Sequence record: MZ475893.1
DNA: 64,000 nucleotides
Strand: one strand, 5' to 3'
In this document: positions 7,970 to 17,911 of the stretch, piece by piece
Position numbering within the stretch: position 1 is the stretch's first letter
Layout: every line of letters begins with the position of its first letter
Made by a program: the position numbers and the translations under genes
Notes under the pieces: model-generated
Database searches by the model: none
What the model saw: only the letters and a program-made list of their open reading frames with translations
Told to the model about the DNA's origin: nothing

Positions 7970-10843
7970 TTAGATTTCGTCAGGTTCCCAACACAGAATA
8001 GGACGGCGATACACTTGGAATACGCCAGTAGGTGCGTAGCTTGAGCTAAGGTATTCTTTAGCGTTTGTACTGAGGCTACGTTCTGACGTAAGCAACTGTT
8101 GCCTGTTGTGCGTCCACTGACAACGACCACAAGACTCTGCTTCTATACCTGCATCTGAGTCCCAACCAGGCACGTCGAATGTTTTGTTCCATCCGTTGAA
8201 GTGGTGAGTAGACACCGCTCCGTTGCCTGTTGCACACAGCACCATGTACTGATAGTCGGACTCGAAGTAGATAGGTACGTTACGTCCTGTAGGGATAGAA
8301 GGACCGTTAGCGTTATACGTCAACTGCCAACCAGTACGGTCTGCTGAGCCTGTAGACATGAACAACGGTCTACGGATAATCATCATGATACCGTTCTGCG
8401 TTCCGTTATCGCTAGTCTTGGTGCAATACGCATTGCAGCGCAGCGCACGGTCAACAGTGAACAACGTACTGTTGGAGAAGTCAGCATTGTACAGGTTAGC
8501 AGCCCACTGAGGTAAGTTAGCAGCTTCCGGTACAATGAAGTGACGCTCTGCCAGTTCAAGATCACCGTAGCGGTCATAAGCAAACACGATATACTCATAG
8601 CCTGCATCGATCTGAATGTTGTGACCTTGAGAACCCACACCAGTCCACTTCCAAACAATCTGCCAGTCGTTAGTATCACGTCCAGGCGTATCGTTTATCA
8701 GGCCGTACTTGCGTTCGTATATCTGCCACACACGGGAGCCGCCAGTCGCAGCAAAGTACAAGCTGCCTGGATTAGAGCGGTCACCACCACAACGAGTAAG
8801 ATGGTCGGGTCCTGCTTCGTTGTAAGCACTGGCTCCGCCTACGCCGTCAAACATTTCCCAGTTCATCATCAAGTGAGAGGTGCACAACTCATTTGGTCCG
8901 CTATCATCCGTTGTCGTAACAAGATATTCATACTGGTCAGCAAACGGGTAGTAGACAGTCTCTGTTCCTGCCATAGCGACACGCCGAACCCAATCGTGTG
9001 ACTGCACTTTAGGTACAGGGAAGCAAGGGTTAGTCACAGACACGACGAAACTTTTAGTCTCGTACATCGGCAGCTTTTTGAAGCGGTTATCACGAATCGT
9101 TACCGTGTGCTTCATGCCGTAAGTCTGTGCACCGTCCATACCGCCTAGCACTTTGTAGTAGCTGAGATGCGCACTCTTGGTGCTCTCATACAGACCAGTG
9201 ATACCTAAAGACATGGCACTGTTGCGGTCCGTACCACAGCAATACTGATTGCCGTAACTGTCATACGCGAAGCCCACAGAGAAGTAGCTATCAGGGTCAG
9301 ACGACTGAGGTCCGTAGTACATTTCAGTAGGCGCATTGCCCTCACCAACACCAGGCAGGCCAAAGCAGCAATAGCAACCACGATACTGATACTGTCCGCC
9401 TTCATACACGCGACGAGAAGCACCGATGCGATACATAGCACCAGCAAGTCCGCCTTGAGTACGGTTAACGTTCGCCGTGTCATAGGAAACGACATAGACA
9501 AAGTGGTCGGCACCAATCGAGTTCAGGAACGCAGCCATGTTGGCAGCATTCGTTGTTCCTGGCGCAGTACCTTCGGCAGAAACGTGAATGTCATACGCTC
9601 TGCGATCTACAAGCACTTGGTCGGACTTGCGAATCTTGTACACGTTGAAGCCGCGAGAATCTCGGTAGTACACGCCATTCACATACGTGTAACCAACATC
9701 GCCTGTGTCAAGCGTGCGCTGATAACCTACGATGTGGCTGAACACGCTACTACGCGCTTGCAGACTCGCACCGTTATCGTTCGACCAGTTGACAGATACA
9801 TCACCAGCAGCCATGCGTGCAGCCCAATCATCAGGCTTGTACGGGTAAGTGGTCACGTCAAAGTTAACGCCGTACGCACTGCCTATTTCTACGCAGCACG
9901 GGTCACGATAGATGATCTCTGGGTCGAGAATAACATCATCAGGAATATCGACTTGGCCACAGTACATCTGACGCCACACACCAGCTTGACCGCCGATAGA
10001 ACCAGGGCCAGCAGCACCTGCTCCAGAGTTGAACTGGTAAGCAGCAGACGCACGGTAGTTCTTTTGGTTGCTTAACTGTGGAACGTTCAGCCAGCCTACA
10101 TGGTCACCAAAAGCATTGATGGACTTAGAACGCGCAGCCTGAGTAGCGACAACGTTAGCAGCACCATTGCTTGTGATACCGAGCGGACTAAAGATAGCGT
10201 TGAAGTTAACGTTACCTTCATACGGGCCTTTCTGGAGTACAATCAAACTAACGCCGTTACGGTGTGCTTCACGCAAGGCATTGAGCATCGCAGTAGGCAT
10301 CGACTGACCGCTAGACGACAGCAGCAGCATAACGCAGGACCATTGCTGGAAATACTTGTAGGTTCCGTCGTAACCGTAAGCACCAGCATTGATTTCATCC
10401 CACGTATGAGACAGCATATCAAGAGGCATACGCTCAAGATAGTGAACAAGCTGTCCCCATGACTCCATTGCAGATTCATCATCCACAGAAGCACCATCAC
10501 TAATGACCAGCATCGTCGAGCCAGCAGTGATGTTAGAGTTATAGGCACGCTCGGTCAGGAACTGGCGCAGCGCACCCATGTTGTTAATTGTGGTATTGCG
10601 ATAGTTACCCATCCAGCCATAGCCGTCAGTAACCATTGGACTATCACTGCGAATGAAGCTACCGTTCATATACACAGAACCGTAACCGCAAACATACGCG
10701 AGAGCATGACCATCAACAACAAAGGATGTGTAGCGATTGCTATCAACGCCCATCGCATCAACAGCAGCTACGGAGCCATCACCTACACCGCCAGTAAAGA
10801 CAGGAGTAATGCCTCGTGCATACAAGCAACTTTGTTGCAGCAT
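7970..10843 (-). CDS. Large fibre-tip/receptor-binding candidate with an ILEI/PANDER-like domain and three C-terminal repeats
   Basis: 957 aa; RGFNV...YD...A.NMAAFLNSI...VVSYD...L.GAMYRIGAS...YRGCY..FG..G.GEG.A matches the ILEI/FAM3 pattern (~9320-9660). Confidence 0.75.
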   Translation of the reverse strand: MLQQSCLYARGITPVFTGGVGDGSVAAVDAMGVDSNRYTSFVVDGHALAYVCGYGSVYMNGSFIRSDSPMVTDGYGWMGNYRNTTINNMGALRQFLTERAYNSNITAGSTMLVISDGASVDDESAMESWGQLVHYLERMPLDMLSHTWDEINAGAYGYDGTYKYFQQWSCVMLLLSSSGQSMPTAMLNALREAHRNGVSLIVLQKGPYEGNVNFNAIFSPLGITSNGAANVVATQAARSKSINAFGDHVGWLNVPQLSNQKNYRASAAYQFNSGAGAAGPGSIGGQAGVWRQMYCGQVDIPDDVILDPEIIYRDPCCVEIGSAYGVNFDVTTYPYKPDDWAARMAAGDVSVNWSNDNGASLQARSSVFSHIVGYQRTLDTGDVGYTYVNGVYYRDSRGFNVYKIRKSDQVLVDRRAYDIHVSAEGTAPGTTNAANMAAFLNSIGADHFVYVVSYDTANVNRTQGGLAGAMYRIGASRRVYEGGQYQYRGCYCCFGLPGVGEGNAPTEMYYGPQSSDPDSYFSVGFAYDSYGNQYCCGTDRNSAMSLGITGLYESTKSAHLSYYKVLGGMDGAQTYGMKHTVTIRDNRFKKLPMYETKSFVVSVTNPCFPVPKVQSHDWVRRVAMAGTETVYYPFADQYEYLVTTTDDSGPNELCTSHLMMNWEMFDGVGGASAYNEAGPDHLTRCGGDRSNPGSLYFAATGGSRVWQIYERKYGLINDTPGRDTNDWQIVWKWTGVGSQGHNIQIDAGYEYIVFAYDRYGDLELAERHFIVPEAANLPQWAANLYNADFSNSTLFTVDRALRCNAYCTKTSDNGTQNGIMMIIRRPLFMSTGSADRTGWQLTYNANGPSIPTGRNVPIYFESDYQYMVLCATGNGAVSTHHFNGWNKTFDVPGWDSDAGIEAESCGRCQWTHNRQQLLTSERSLSTNAKEYLSSSYAPTGVFQVYRRPILCWEPDEI

Positions 10844-10862
10844 ATTATGTCCTTAGATCGGC

Positions 10863-10882
10863 AAGAGGGGCCGAAGCCCCTT
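10863..10882 (-). terminator. Intrinsic terminator hairpin (UUCG loop)
   Basis: Minus strand AAGGGGC-TTCG-GCCCCTCTT right after the 10887 stop; short U tract. Confidence 0.6.
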
Positions 10883-10886
10883 CCTG

Positions 10887-12908
10887 TTAGCCAAATACAA
10901 TCTCAGTGATTGCAAGATACGTCACATCGTTTGAGTCGCCACGGTCACCAGAACCGTAGGCCATCAACCAAATCTCTTCACCTGCAGGGATGTTAGTGTC
11001 GAATGTGATACGTTGCAGAACGTTAGCGCTTGAGTAAACACGCTGCGCTGCACCAGCACCTGCATAACGTTCGTAGATGGACATGTCGTGCCAGCTACCG
11101 TTATTACCATCAAACACCCAATCAAATGTGATTCGCTTGATAGGTCGAGTGAAGAAGTTATTCCACTTGAACCAACCATTCGAGCCACCCCAGAAGTTCA
11201 TATAGCTGCCGTCCCAAACTTTCAGGTTCTCAATGCCACCGCTGACTGTACGACCGCCAGTCTGTGTGAATGCATAGCAGTACCATGGGAATGGATCTGA
11301 ATCAGGCGGTTGTGAGTTACCACCAGCAACTGTGATGCAGCGATACGGAACTGTGAAGTCTCTGACGTTAATGTGCGGAGGCTGAATCGGACAGTACACA
11401 TAGTAAGACCAGTCACACCCGATAGGTCCTGTAACGCGCACTGTGATTTCAGAACGCAGGACATGCTCAGGGTATTTCCAGAACTCAAGTGTACCGACAG
11501 CGCCTGCTACGACAATAGACGTATCAAGCAGATTCATATCACGGTCAAACACCTCGAACTTGGTATCGAATGAGTTAGCAACGCATACGACCAGCTCTGC
11601 TCGGATATCTGTCTGTGTGCCTAACGCAAAATTATCTTCTGTGGTTGGATGACCGGCAGAGTAAACGCTGTAGCTCTGGCACGGATGCATGAACTCACGC
11701 GCACCACGCTCCGAAGGACAATAAAGGCTGTAGAAGAAGCTGTCAAGTGACTCAGCGTTTCCAAAGTCTTTAGATACCACGCGCACCATAATGTCACACG
11801 CGATGTTCTTAGGGTCAAAGTAGAAATACAGATAACCCTCAAGTGTCTTCGCATCAAGCGTTGTTGCAATACGTCTACCGTTTTGATACACCTCAATGAA
11901 GTCGAGCGTTTCCCATGAGGTATAATCAAGGTACATCCAGCCTGCTGTCCAGCCCACAAAGTGATAATACTCGAACGCATTAGCATTCTGAATACGCTCT
12001 GCAATAGGCCACACTGAGGCATGACACGGAGCTGGGAAGACTGGCGTGCCGATATAGTCAGGGTTGATAACGTCAGGGTAATTGATAACGTCATACGCGG
12101 CTTGACTGTCGAGCGCTAACCCACCACGGTCAGAAGGTGCAGAAAGCAGAGGAGGATAAACCATCATGCTCCAGCCGTAACCTTGAGTTGTGCGCACACG
12201 TATCATGATACGCATATCGGCAGCGTCAGGGTCAAACTGGAACTTGATGCGAGAACGTCCTGTTACTTTACCGCAAGATGAAGCTACGCGCACGCCCATG
12301 TGATAGACGTCAATGCTTGCACCAGCAGGAGCATACGAAGCAAAGTTAACCTCGACATAACCTTCAGTTGCAGGCAGAGCGTAGATCGTTTCAGTGATAA
12401 CAGCACCACGACCGTGAGTAGATGCATAAGGAACGTTGGGGTTAGCATACGTGCCCAGACCTGCTCTCGATGCTACGCCTACAGGGTCATAAGACTCAAG
12501 CGTCTTGATGCCTGGGCGATTGATACTGCGACCAGTTGGCGGTGCTGACGAGTTGACGACACCGAAGCCTGTACGACCCGCATCAGGCAAGTCAAAGCCT
12601 ATTGGATAGCCACCAAGAATCGTATAGCTCTCACGACCACCACTGCCTATACCGTTACCGGAGCCTTTGGTTGTTGACGTAGGGCCACCGCCACATGCAC
12701 CTGTTTCAAGATTCGAACAGGGATCATCATACGTAGGGTCAAACGTGTCATCGATTAAATGCCAGCGCTTGCCCCACTGATTACGCACGCTGAACTTCTC
12801 AGGGGTTAGAGGAGTCCAGTCACCTTCCTTGGTGCGAACGTACATGGGCGTATCGACACAATCAAGCCAACCGTTATTCGCAGCATTACGAACGCGAAAA
12901 CGTGACAT
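10887..12908 (-). CDS. Fibre-associated structural protein with three tandem beta-sandwich repeats
   Basis: Three ~100-aa units of pattern G.V...Y.SY....I.VY..G.R.A........F..DP....I.VRV.....W...YCP. Confidence 0.75.
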   Translation of the reverse strand: MSRFRVRNAANNGWLDCVDTPMYVRTKEGDWTPLTPEKFSVRNQWGKRWHLIDDTFDPTYDDPCSNLETGACGGGPTSTTKGSGNGIGSGGRESYTILGGYPIGFDLPDAGRTGFGVVNSSAPPTGRSINRPGIKTLESYDPVGVASRAGLGTYANPNVPYASTHGRGAVITETIYALPATEGYVEVNFASYAPAGASIDVYHMGVRVASSCGKVTGRSRIKFQFDPDAADMRIMIRVRTTQGYGWSMMVYPPLLSAPSDRGGLALDSQAAYDVINYPDVINPDYIGTPVFPAPCHASVWPIAERIQNANAFEYYHFVGWTAGWMYLDYTSWETLDFIEVYQNGRRIATTLDAKTLEGYLYFYFDPKNIACDIMVRVVSKDFGNAESLDSFFYSLYCPSERGAREFMHPCQSYSVYSAGHPTTEDNFALGTQTDIRAELVVCVANSFDTKFEVFDRDMNLLDTSIVVAGAVGTLEFWKYPEHVLRSEITVRVTGPIGCDWSYYVYCPIQPPHINVRDFTVPYRCITVAGGNSQPPDSDPFPWYCYAFTQTGGRTVSGGIENLKVWDGSYMNFWGGSNGWFKWNNFFTRPIKRITFDWVFDGNNGSWHDMSIYERYAGAGAAQRVYSSANVLQRITFDTNIPAGEEIWLMAYGSGDRGDSNDVTYLAITEIVFG

Positions 12909-12919
12909 GTACTATCTCC

Positions 12920-13411
12920 TTACGGTCTTACCCAGATAGCGCCTGCTGGAACTTCTTGGTCTTGAGCAGGGTCAGTATCTTGTACGAAGACAGCCACAAC
13001 ACCTGGGTTTCCAGGAGCACCAGTAGGGCCTGTAGCGCCAGTAGGACCTGCTGGACCACGAATACCTACATAGCCTTGCTTGCCTGGTAGACCATCGATA
13101 CCACGAGGACCAACACAGCCGTCAGTACCGCGTTTACCGTCAGAACCCATCAGGCCGTCGATACCATCACGACCAGAAGCACCAACGCCACCTTCAGGGC
13201 CGTAGCCGATGCTGTAGATAGTAGGCAGGCCAGAGATAGCGAGCTTTCCGATACTCGGAATATTGATAGACAGCACACCTGTCAGTTGATCGAAGGCGCC
13301 TTGTAGCGTTGTTTCATCTTCGGCAACATCAACAGACACACCGCCTTGAGTTGCTACTACCTTACCAGACGCATTCGTCTTGAGTAGCGATATATCAACC
13401 TTTTCTACCAC
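12920..13411 (-). CDS. Collagen-like fibre protein
   Basis: G-X-Y run; GTG start with GGAG RBS; C-terminal VFVQDTDP...GAIWVRP. Confidence 0.8.
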   Translation of the reverse strand: MVEKVDISLLKTNASGKVVATQGGVSVDVAEDETTLQGAFDQLTGVLSINIPSIGKLAISGLPTIYSIGYGPEGGVGASGRDGIDGLMGSDGKRGTDGCVGPRGIDGLPGKQGYVGIRGPAGPTGATGPTGAPGNPGVVAVFVQDTDPAQDQEVPAGAIWVRP

Positions 13412-13420
13412 GAGAACTCC

Positions 13421-14053
13421 TTATGGCCATGTGGTGCCTTGATCTTTAGTAGGGTCGACCCAGAGCGTGCCGGCGGCTACAGCTCCTGGCTGGGTAGCGC
13501 TAACGATAATTGCAAGACGACCGGAAGGACCTGCAGGACCAGTTGGGCCAGTAGGACCAGTACCACCAGTAGAGCCAGTAGGACCAGTACCACCGCGAGC
13601 ACCAGTAGGTCCAGTCGGCCCCATAGGTCCTTCACGGCCTTCTCTGCCCGTAGGCCCAACATTACCGTCACGGCCATCACGACCATCCGGGCCTGGTATG
13701 CCTTGCTCGCCATCTGGACCAACAGGGCCTGTACAGCCTGGACCGCCCGTTGCACCATCACGACCATCACGACCGTCTTTTCCGTCTGCACCTGTTTCAC
13801 CTTTCTGACCTGTACGACCTGCTGGAATATCAGACGCAGTTGGGAAACCTGAGACTTTGAGACTACTGCCGTTAGCAAAGCGCAGAGTTAACACGCCCGC
13901 AGTAGCGTCATACGAGGAATCTGACGTGACTTCTGATGGAGCTTCGGACTCCGCGCTGTTAACAACAAGTGTACCGCCAGATGCTCGGACAGGTGTCGCA
14001 ACAGAGCTTACGCCCGCAGCGATTAAACTTGTTTTTACCTTTATCAAACTCAT
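13421..14053 (-). CDS. Collagen-like fibre protein
   Basis: G-X-Y run of ~100 aa; C-terminal VSATQPG...GTLWVDP. Confidence 0.85.
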   Translation of the reverse strand: MSLIKVKTSLIAAGVSSVATPVRASGGTLVVNSAESEAPSEVTSDSSYDATAGVLTLRFANGSSLKVSGFPTASDIPAGRTGQKGETGADGKDGRDGRDGATGGPGCTGPVGPDGEQGIPGPDGRDGRDGNVGPTGREGREGPMGPTGPTGARGGTGPTGSTGGTGPTGPTGPAGPSGRLAIIVSATQPGAVAAGTLWVDPTKDQGTTWP

Positions 14054-15489
14054 TACGTCTTCTCCGCCTGAGCAGTCATATCCGTGTTATGAGCCAGAAC
14101 ATCCCCAACGAAATAGCAGTCGAAAGGTTCAACGTCTATGTCTACGGTATTAACGAGTTGGTCTATACGACGACATTCGTATACAGACACAGGACCTTTA
14201 CGTCCTCTGACTTGCATTCCTTGCTTAACTTCACGAGCAGGAACATAGCGCCATTGCTTATCATCGTAGATCAGCACAGGATGTTCGTGCGTAAACTTCT
14301 GTCCGTTAATGACGAAGTAGTGATCTTCCTGACCGTATTTGAGTGCTCGAACAGCAGCATAGACATTCTTACCTTTCAGACTTGGTGAGGACCATTTACG
14401 GAACTCTTTAGGCTGATTGGAGAACGATGCAAGCATATCACCTACAGACAAACGCTCAACAGGCACAGAGCCTGCGATTGTATGCACAGTAGAGCCGAAC
14501 ACGATACAGCCAGATGTTTTACTCACAGGGTTACGTGCAACTACGGTCAGAGCAGACTTCACTGTGACTGTAGGTCTGGATGGCTGCCCCATGTCTGTTA
14601 CTAAACAACTGATGGTGCCTCTGATTGTACGATCAGCACCGAGACCAAGACGCAGATAGAAGTTAACTATGCAGGTGTTAGTCTCTATGGCGTCAAGGTT
14701 AACGCCCTCAGTTGTTGTGATTGTCCACTTGTACTTGTATGGACCCACACCGCCACGCGCATTGACAGGCAGATAAGCAAGCGAGGTGAATACGTCAGAC
14801 CCTTGTACTGTGCGCGTGCCTACCATGTACAGACTAGACACAGAAGCAACAAGTGGGCTGATAGTAGGAAGAGGAGGTGCTGGCGATACGTTAGCAGTCG
14901 GGTACAGCCACACGAACACGTTAGATGCAGTGGGTTGCACATTAGACAGCACAGCAGTTTCGATAGGCGCAGGACCTGTAGGACCCGTTGCACCTGCAAT
15001 ACAGCTTGGACCGTCATTGCCTCGTGGGCCGAGTATGCCAGTAGGACCCGTTGGACCGATTGGTCCTGTAGGTCCGTCTTTACCGTCAGGACCCGTGTCA
15101 CCGTCAGGACCAGTAGCGCCGTCACGACCAGGTTCACCCGCAGTGCCGTTAAGACCTCTAGCACCAGGGAGACCACCACAGCCGTCAGCACCAGTAGAGC
15201 CATCACGTCCATCACGACCGTCACGACCAGCAGCGCCTGGCGCACCTCTCTTACCTTGCTTACCTGAACCAAACATTGCACTCGTAGGCAGGCCGGGGAT
15301 ATTAACTAAATCCCCATTCTGTTTGATGAGTACGAGCACGCCGTTCTTACTGTCAAACTTTACGCTTGCGATCTGTGTCGTTGTCAACACATCGGAGGAT
15401 TCGAATTGAATACCACCAGCAACAGCAACAACGGATTTACCTTCATCGTTGCCTGTTGTCTCGATTTGCGAAAGTTTTAAGTCTGTCAT
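14053..15489 (-). CDS. Collagen-like fibre protein with C-terminal Hint (intein-like) domain
   Basis: G-X-Y run, Ig-like beta domain, then CIVFGSTV...FTHEHP...[11 protein letters not shown]. Confidence 0.85.
   Translation of the reverse strand: MTDLKLSQIETTGNDEGKSVVAVAGGIQFESSDVLTTTQIASVKFDSKNGVLVLIKQNGDLVNIPGLPTSAMFGSGKQGKRGAPGAAGRDGRDGRDGSTGADGCGGLPGARGLNGTAGEPGRDGATGPDGDTGPDGKDGPTGPIGPTGPTGILGPRGNDGPSCIAGATGPTGPAPIETAVLSNVQPTASNVFVWLYPTANVSPAPPLPTISPLVASVSSLYMVGTRTVQGSDVFTSLAYLPVNARGGVGPYKYKWTITTTEGVNLDAIETNTCIVNFYLRLGLGADRTIRGTISCLVTDMGQPSRPTVTVKSALTVVARNPVSKTSGCIVFGSTVHTIAGSVPVERLSVGDMLASFSNQPKEFRKWSSPSLKGKNVYAAVRALKYGQEDHYFVINGQKFTHEHPVLIYDDKQWRYVPAREVKQGMQVRGRKGPVSVYECRRIDQLVNTVDIDVEPFDCYFVGDVLAHNTDMTAQAEKT
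14086..14508 (-). other. Hint autoprocessing domain (mini-intein or BIL type), 141 aa
   Basis: Block A starts at Cys (G|CIVFGSTV); block B TxxH (THEH); block [19 protein letters not shown] with +1 Thr; no endonuclease insert. Confidence 0.8.
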
Positions 15490-17825
15490 TTAGGCTCGAC
15501 CTTAATGCACAAGTTACCAATCAGCTTCGAACCGTAGCTCGTGATTTGGGCATTACTGATACGCACCTTAGCGACAATATCAATAAAGCCTTGAGGTTGG
15601 TTCTCGGCTAACACAACAAGCATCTGGGTGATACTGACATTCGAATATGCGATGATCTCGGTCAGGTTTTCTGTAGAATCAACAACGTTGAAACCACTGC
15701 TACCCGTACCTTTAAGACCACGACCATATTCAGCCTCAGCAAGGCCAGGCGTCTTGTACGATAGAACGTACTCGATATGCTCTTTGCCGCTGGTGGCCTT
15801 GAAGCCAGGACCCAATTGACACTGGAAGTCTGCAACACAGGTAAGCATAACACCTTTCTTGAACTCGATGCGCTGCGTAATCGTCAGCTCCTCTGAGTCC
15901 TCAACATCTTGGTGGATGTTGTACATGTTCTTAGGGTCAGCTTCTTCTGCGAGCGCTTGCGTGTTGCTGATGGTGATGTTCGGCCACTCACCACTGATCT
16001 TAATGCCTTCACCCTGAATGATTTCAGGAACGAACATAGGCACATCAATCGGCGAGAGTCCCTGACGCTTGAACATGAAGCCTGTTGGCGTAGGGATAAC
16101 ATCAATGATAACGCCATCAACAGAACTGTCTTTCGAGCCTACAGCCATCACGTTTTCGAAGATGGTGATTTCCACCAGCGTGTCTGCTGGGATAGGCGAT
16201 ACAGTCTGCAACGAGTTACCAACAACGGTGAAGTCAGAAGGATGAATCGTCAGACCACCCATCGTTGCAACAACGTGCGCTTTGTTCAGTGGGCTAGTCG
16301 GAAGAATGTATGTATCAGCATCATAAGGAAGGCGATACTGAGAAACACGCATACGAGTAGACCAGTTGGCGCGTTCTTCATAGCGGGCAACATAGAAAGA
16401 ATATTTCTGGCCAGAAGGAATTGCCTGCGTTAGCGTAATCTTATTGCCGTTGTTGATCTTGTAGACTGTGGAGGGCTGCCACGTTGAGCCTACAACACAG
16501 AAGACCATATCAGCGCTTTCGATTACTTGACTACCCAGAGAGAACTGAGTTGTCTGACCGTCACCTACACCTTCGTACAGCTCAAACAGAACGACATGGC
16601 CTTGAGATGGTTCGATACGGAACTGTCTCAGGTCAAGCAGCATCTGTTGTTCAGGGTATGACGAGAGCAGCAACTGATCTTCCTGAACGGAGTATGCAGT
16701 ACGCGGCTGGAGAACGCCTGACGTGCCTACAAACAAATCAGTAGAGCTATCAAGAATTTCGGTCAGTTGGTAACGCAGAGCATCAGGAGTAGCTGTGGTC
16801 ACAACAGAACTAAACAGCATCTTGCCTGGAGGTACAAACAGGCTTGCAGTCGTCTGACGTGAACCACCAACAGGACCCCAATACGGTTCGTTGTCTGCAC
16901 CACGCATCAATCCCCAAGTGCTTGGCACATCGTTGTTAGCAGGCCACGGGATGCCAGCGCTCGGCGTAGTTGGGTTAGTGATTCGACGCCACACAGCGAT
17001 AGACGTTTGCGCAGATACGAATGGGATAGCGCTGTCCAAGTTGACAAGCTGCTGGTTGGTGTATTTGAAGTGACGACAAGCGCCTGCACCAGTACCTGCA
17101 ATAGTCTGCACGAGGACGGTCTCACCTTCTTTGAGAGAAGTAAGACTTGGAATCTTAAACGTGTTAGCGTTAATGAAACCAGTAGAGGTAATCTGGCCGC
17201 TGAACACACGGTCGTGCTCGCTGAAAGCCCAATAGTAAGAGCCGGCACCGTAGCGCGAAGCCTGACCAGGAGACTTAGAGCCATCGCTATTGATATGCAT
17301 GTCCAGCACAGACACAACGTTGAACACGTTATCGTTCAAGCTAGGCAGATTCTCCAGCGTTGCTACACTCGGGATGGACGTGTAATCCGCCATCTCAACA
17401 GCAAGAATCTTCTGGACGTCCTGCGTCAAATGGATGAGCAAGCTAACGCGAGACACAGAATTTGGAACTGCAATGATAGGCTCTTGCAGAACAACGTGAC
17501 CGAAAGGACGGTTGTCTTTGAGCATGATCATCAACTCACCCACACGCTTCAATTGCTCACCAGCGGCGTAGGTCAGTTTTATATCAAAGATAAAGCGTGC
17601 GCTATTCTCAGAGAGAACCTGTACATAGGACAGGGCGCCGGAAGCAAGCTCGTTGCCAAGTAACTGCTCTGGAACCTCAGATGGGTTAGAGCCGATATAG
17701 TCACCTGCTTTGAACGAAACTGGCTGCACAGCAATGCCGCCTGCGTTAGCGTTCGCAACGGCCTGTTCTCCCTGAGGCGTTAAACGCAGAGCGTCAACGT
17801 AGATAGATTCATCAGCGGCCATCAA
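15486..17825 (-). CDS. Baseplate-attached tail fibre / tail-collar fibre protein
   Basis: N-terminal [12 protein letters not shown]...FKAGD resembles the tail-collar fibre N-terminal domain (DUF3751-like); repeated GDG.TT.F.L and V.Q.P..Y motifs. Confidence 0.7.
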   Translation of the reverse strand: MMAADESIYVDALRLTPQGEQAVANANAGGIAVQPVSFKAGDYIGSNPSEVPEQLLGNELASGALSYVQVLSENSARFIFDIKLTYAAGEQLKRVGELMIMLKDNRPFGHVVLQEPIIAVPNSVSRVSLLIHLTQDVQKILAVEMADYTSIPSVATLENLPSLNDNVFNVVSVLDMHINSDGSKSPGQASRYGAGSYYWAFSEHDRVFSGQITSTGFINANTFKIPSLTSLKEGETVLVQTIAGTGAGACRHFKYTNQQLVNLDSAIPFVSAQTSIAVWRRITNPTTPSAGIPWPANNDVPSTWGLMRGADNEPYWGPVGGSRQTTASLFVPPGKMLFSSVVTTATPDALRYQLTEILDSSTDLFVGTSGVLQPRTAYSVQEDQLLLSSYPEQQMLLDLRQFRIEPSQGHVVLFELYEGVGDGQTTQFSLGSQVIESADMVFCVVGSTWQPSTVYKINNGNKITLTQAIPSGQKYSFYVARYEERANWSTRMRVSQYRLPYDADTYILPTSPLNKAHVVATMGGLTIHPSDFTVVGNSLQTVSPIPADTLVEITIFENVMAVGSKDSSVDGVIIDVIPTPTGFMFKRQGLSPIDVPMFVPEIIQGEGIKISGEWPNITISNTQALAEEADPKNMYNIHQDVEDSEELTITQRIEFKKGVMLTCVADFQCQLGPGFKATSGKEHIEYVLSYKTPGLAEAEYGRGLKGTGSSGFNVVDSTENLTEIIAYSNVSITQMLVVLAENQPQGFIDIVAKVRISNAQITSYGSKLIGNLCIKVEPK

Positions 17826-17852
17826 AAGAACTCCTTGAATATTTACGTTCTT

Positions 17853-17860
17853 AAATTAGC
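17853..17860 (-). promoter_or_regulatory. Candidate late promoter motif GCTAATTT
   Basis: Between a terminator and the 17825 start (28 nt upstream). Confidence 0.55.
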
Positions 17861-17867
17861 AATAAAC

Positions 17868-17906
17868 AAAAAGGGAGCCAGGAACACGCAGCTCCAAGCT
17901 CCCTTT
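17868..17906 (-). terminator. Intrinsic terminator
   Basis: AAAGGGAGC...GCTCCCTTT stem followed by TTTGTTT on the minus strand, after the 17912 stop. Confidence 0.7.
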
Positions 17907-17911
17907 ATTTT

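Noticed and set aside
13750-15230. Near-identical short segments in two collagen genes, suggesting DGR template/variable repeats
   Set aside because: Explained by GRDGRDG codons; no adenine-specific variation and no reverse transcriptase in the window.
13439-15409. + strand Pro/Gly- or Arg/Thr-rich ORFs over the collagen genes
   Set aside because: Antisense shadows of G-X-Y codon repeats.
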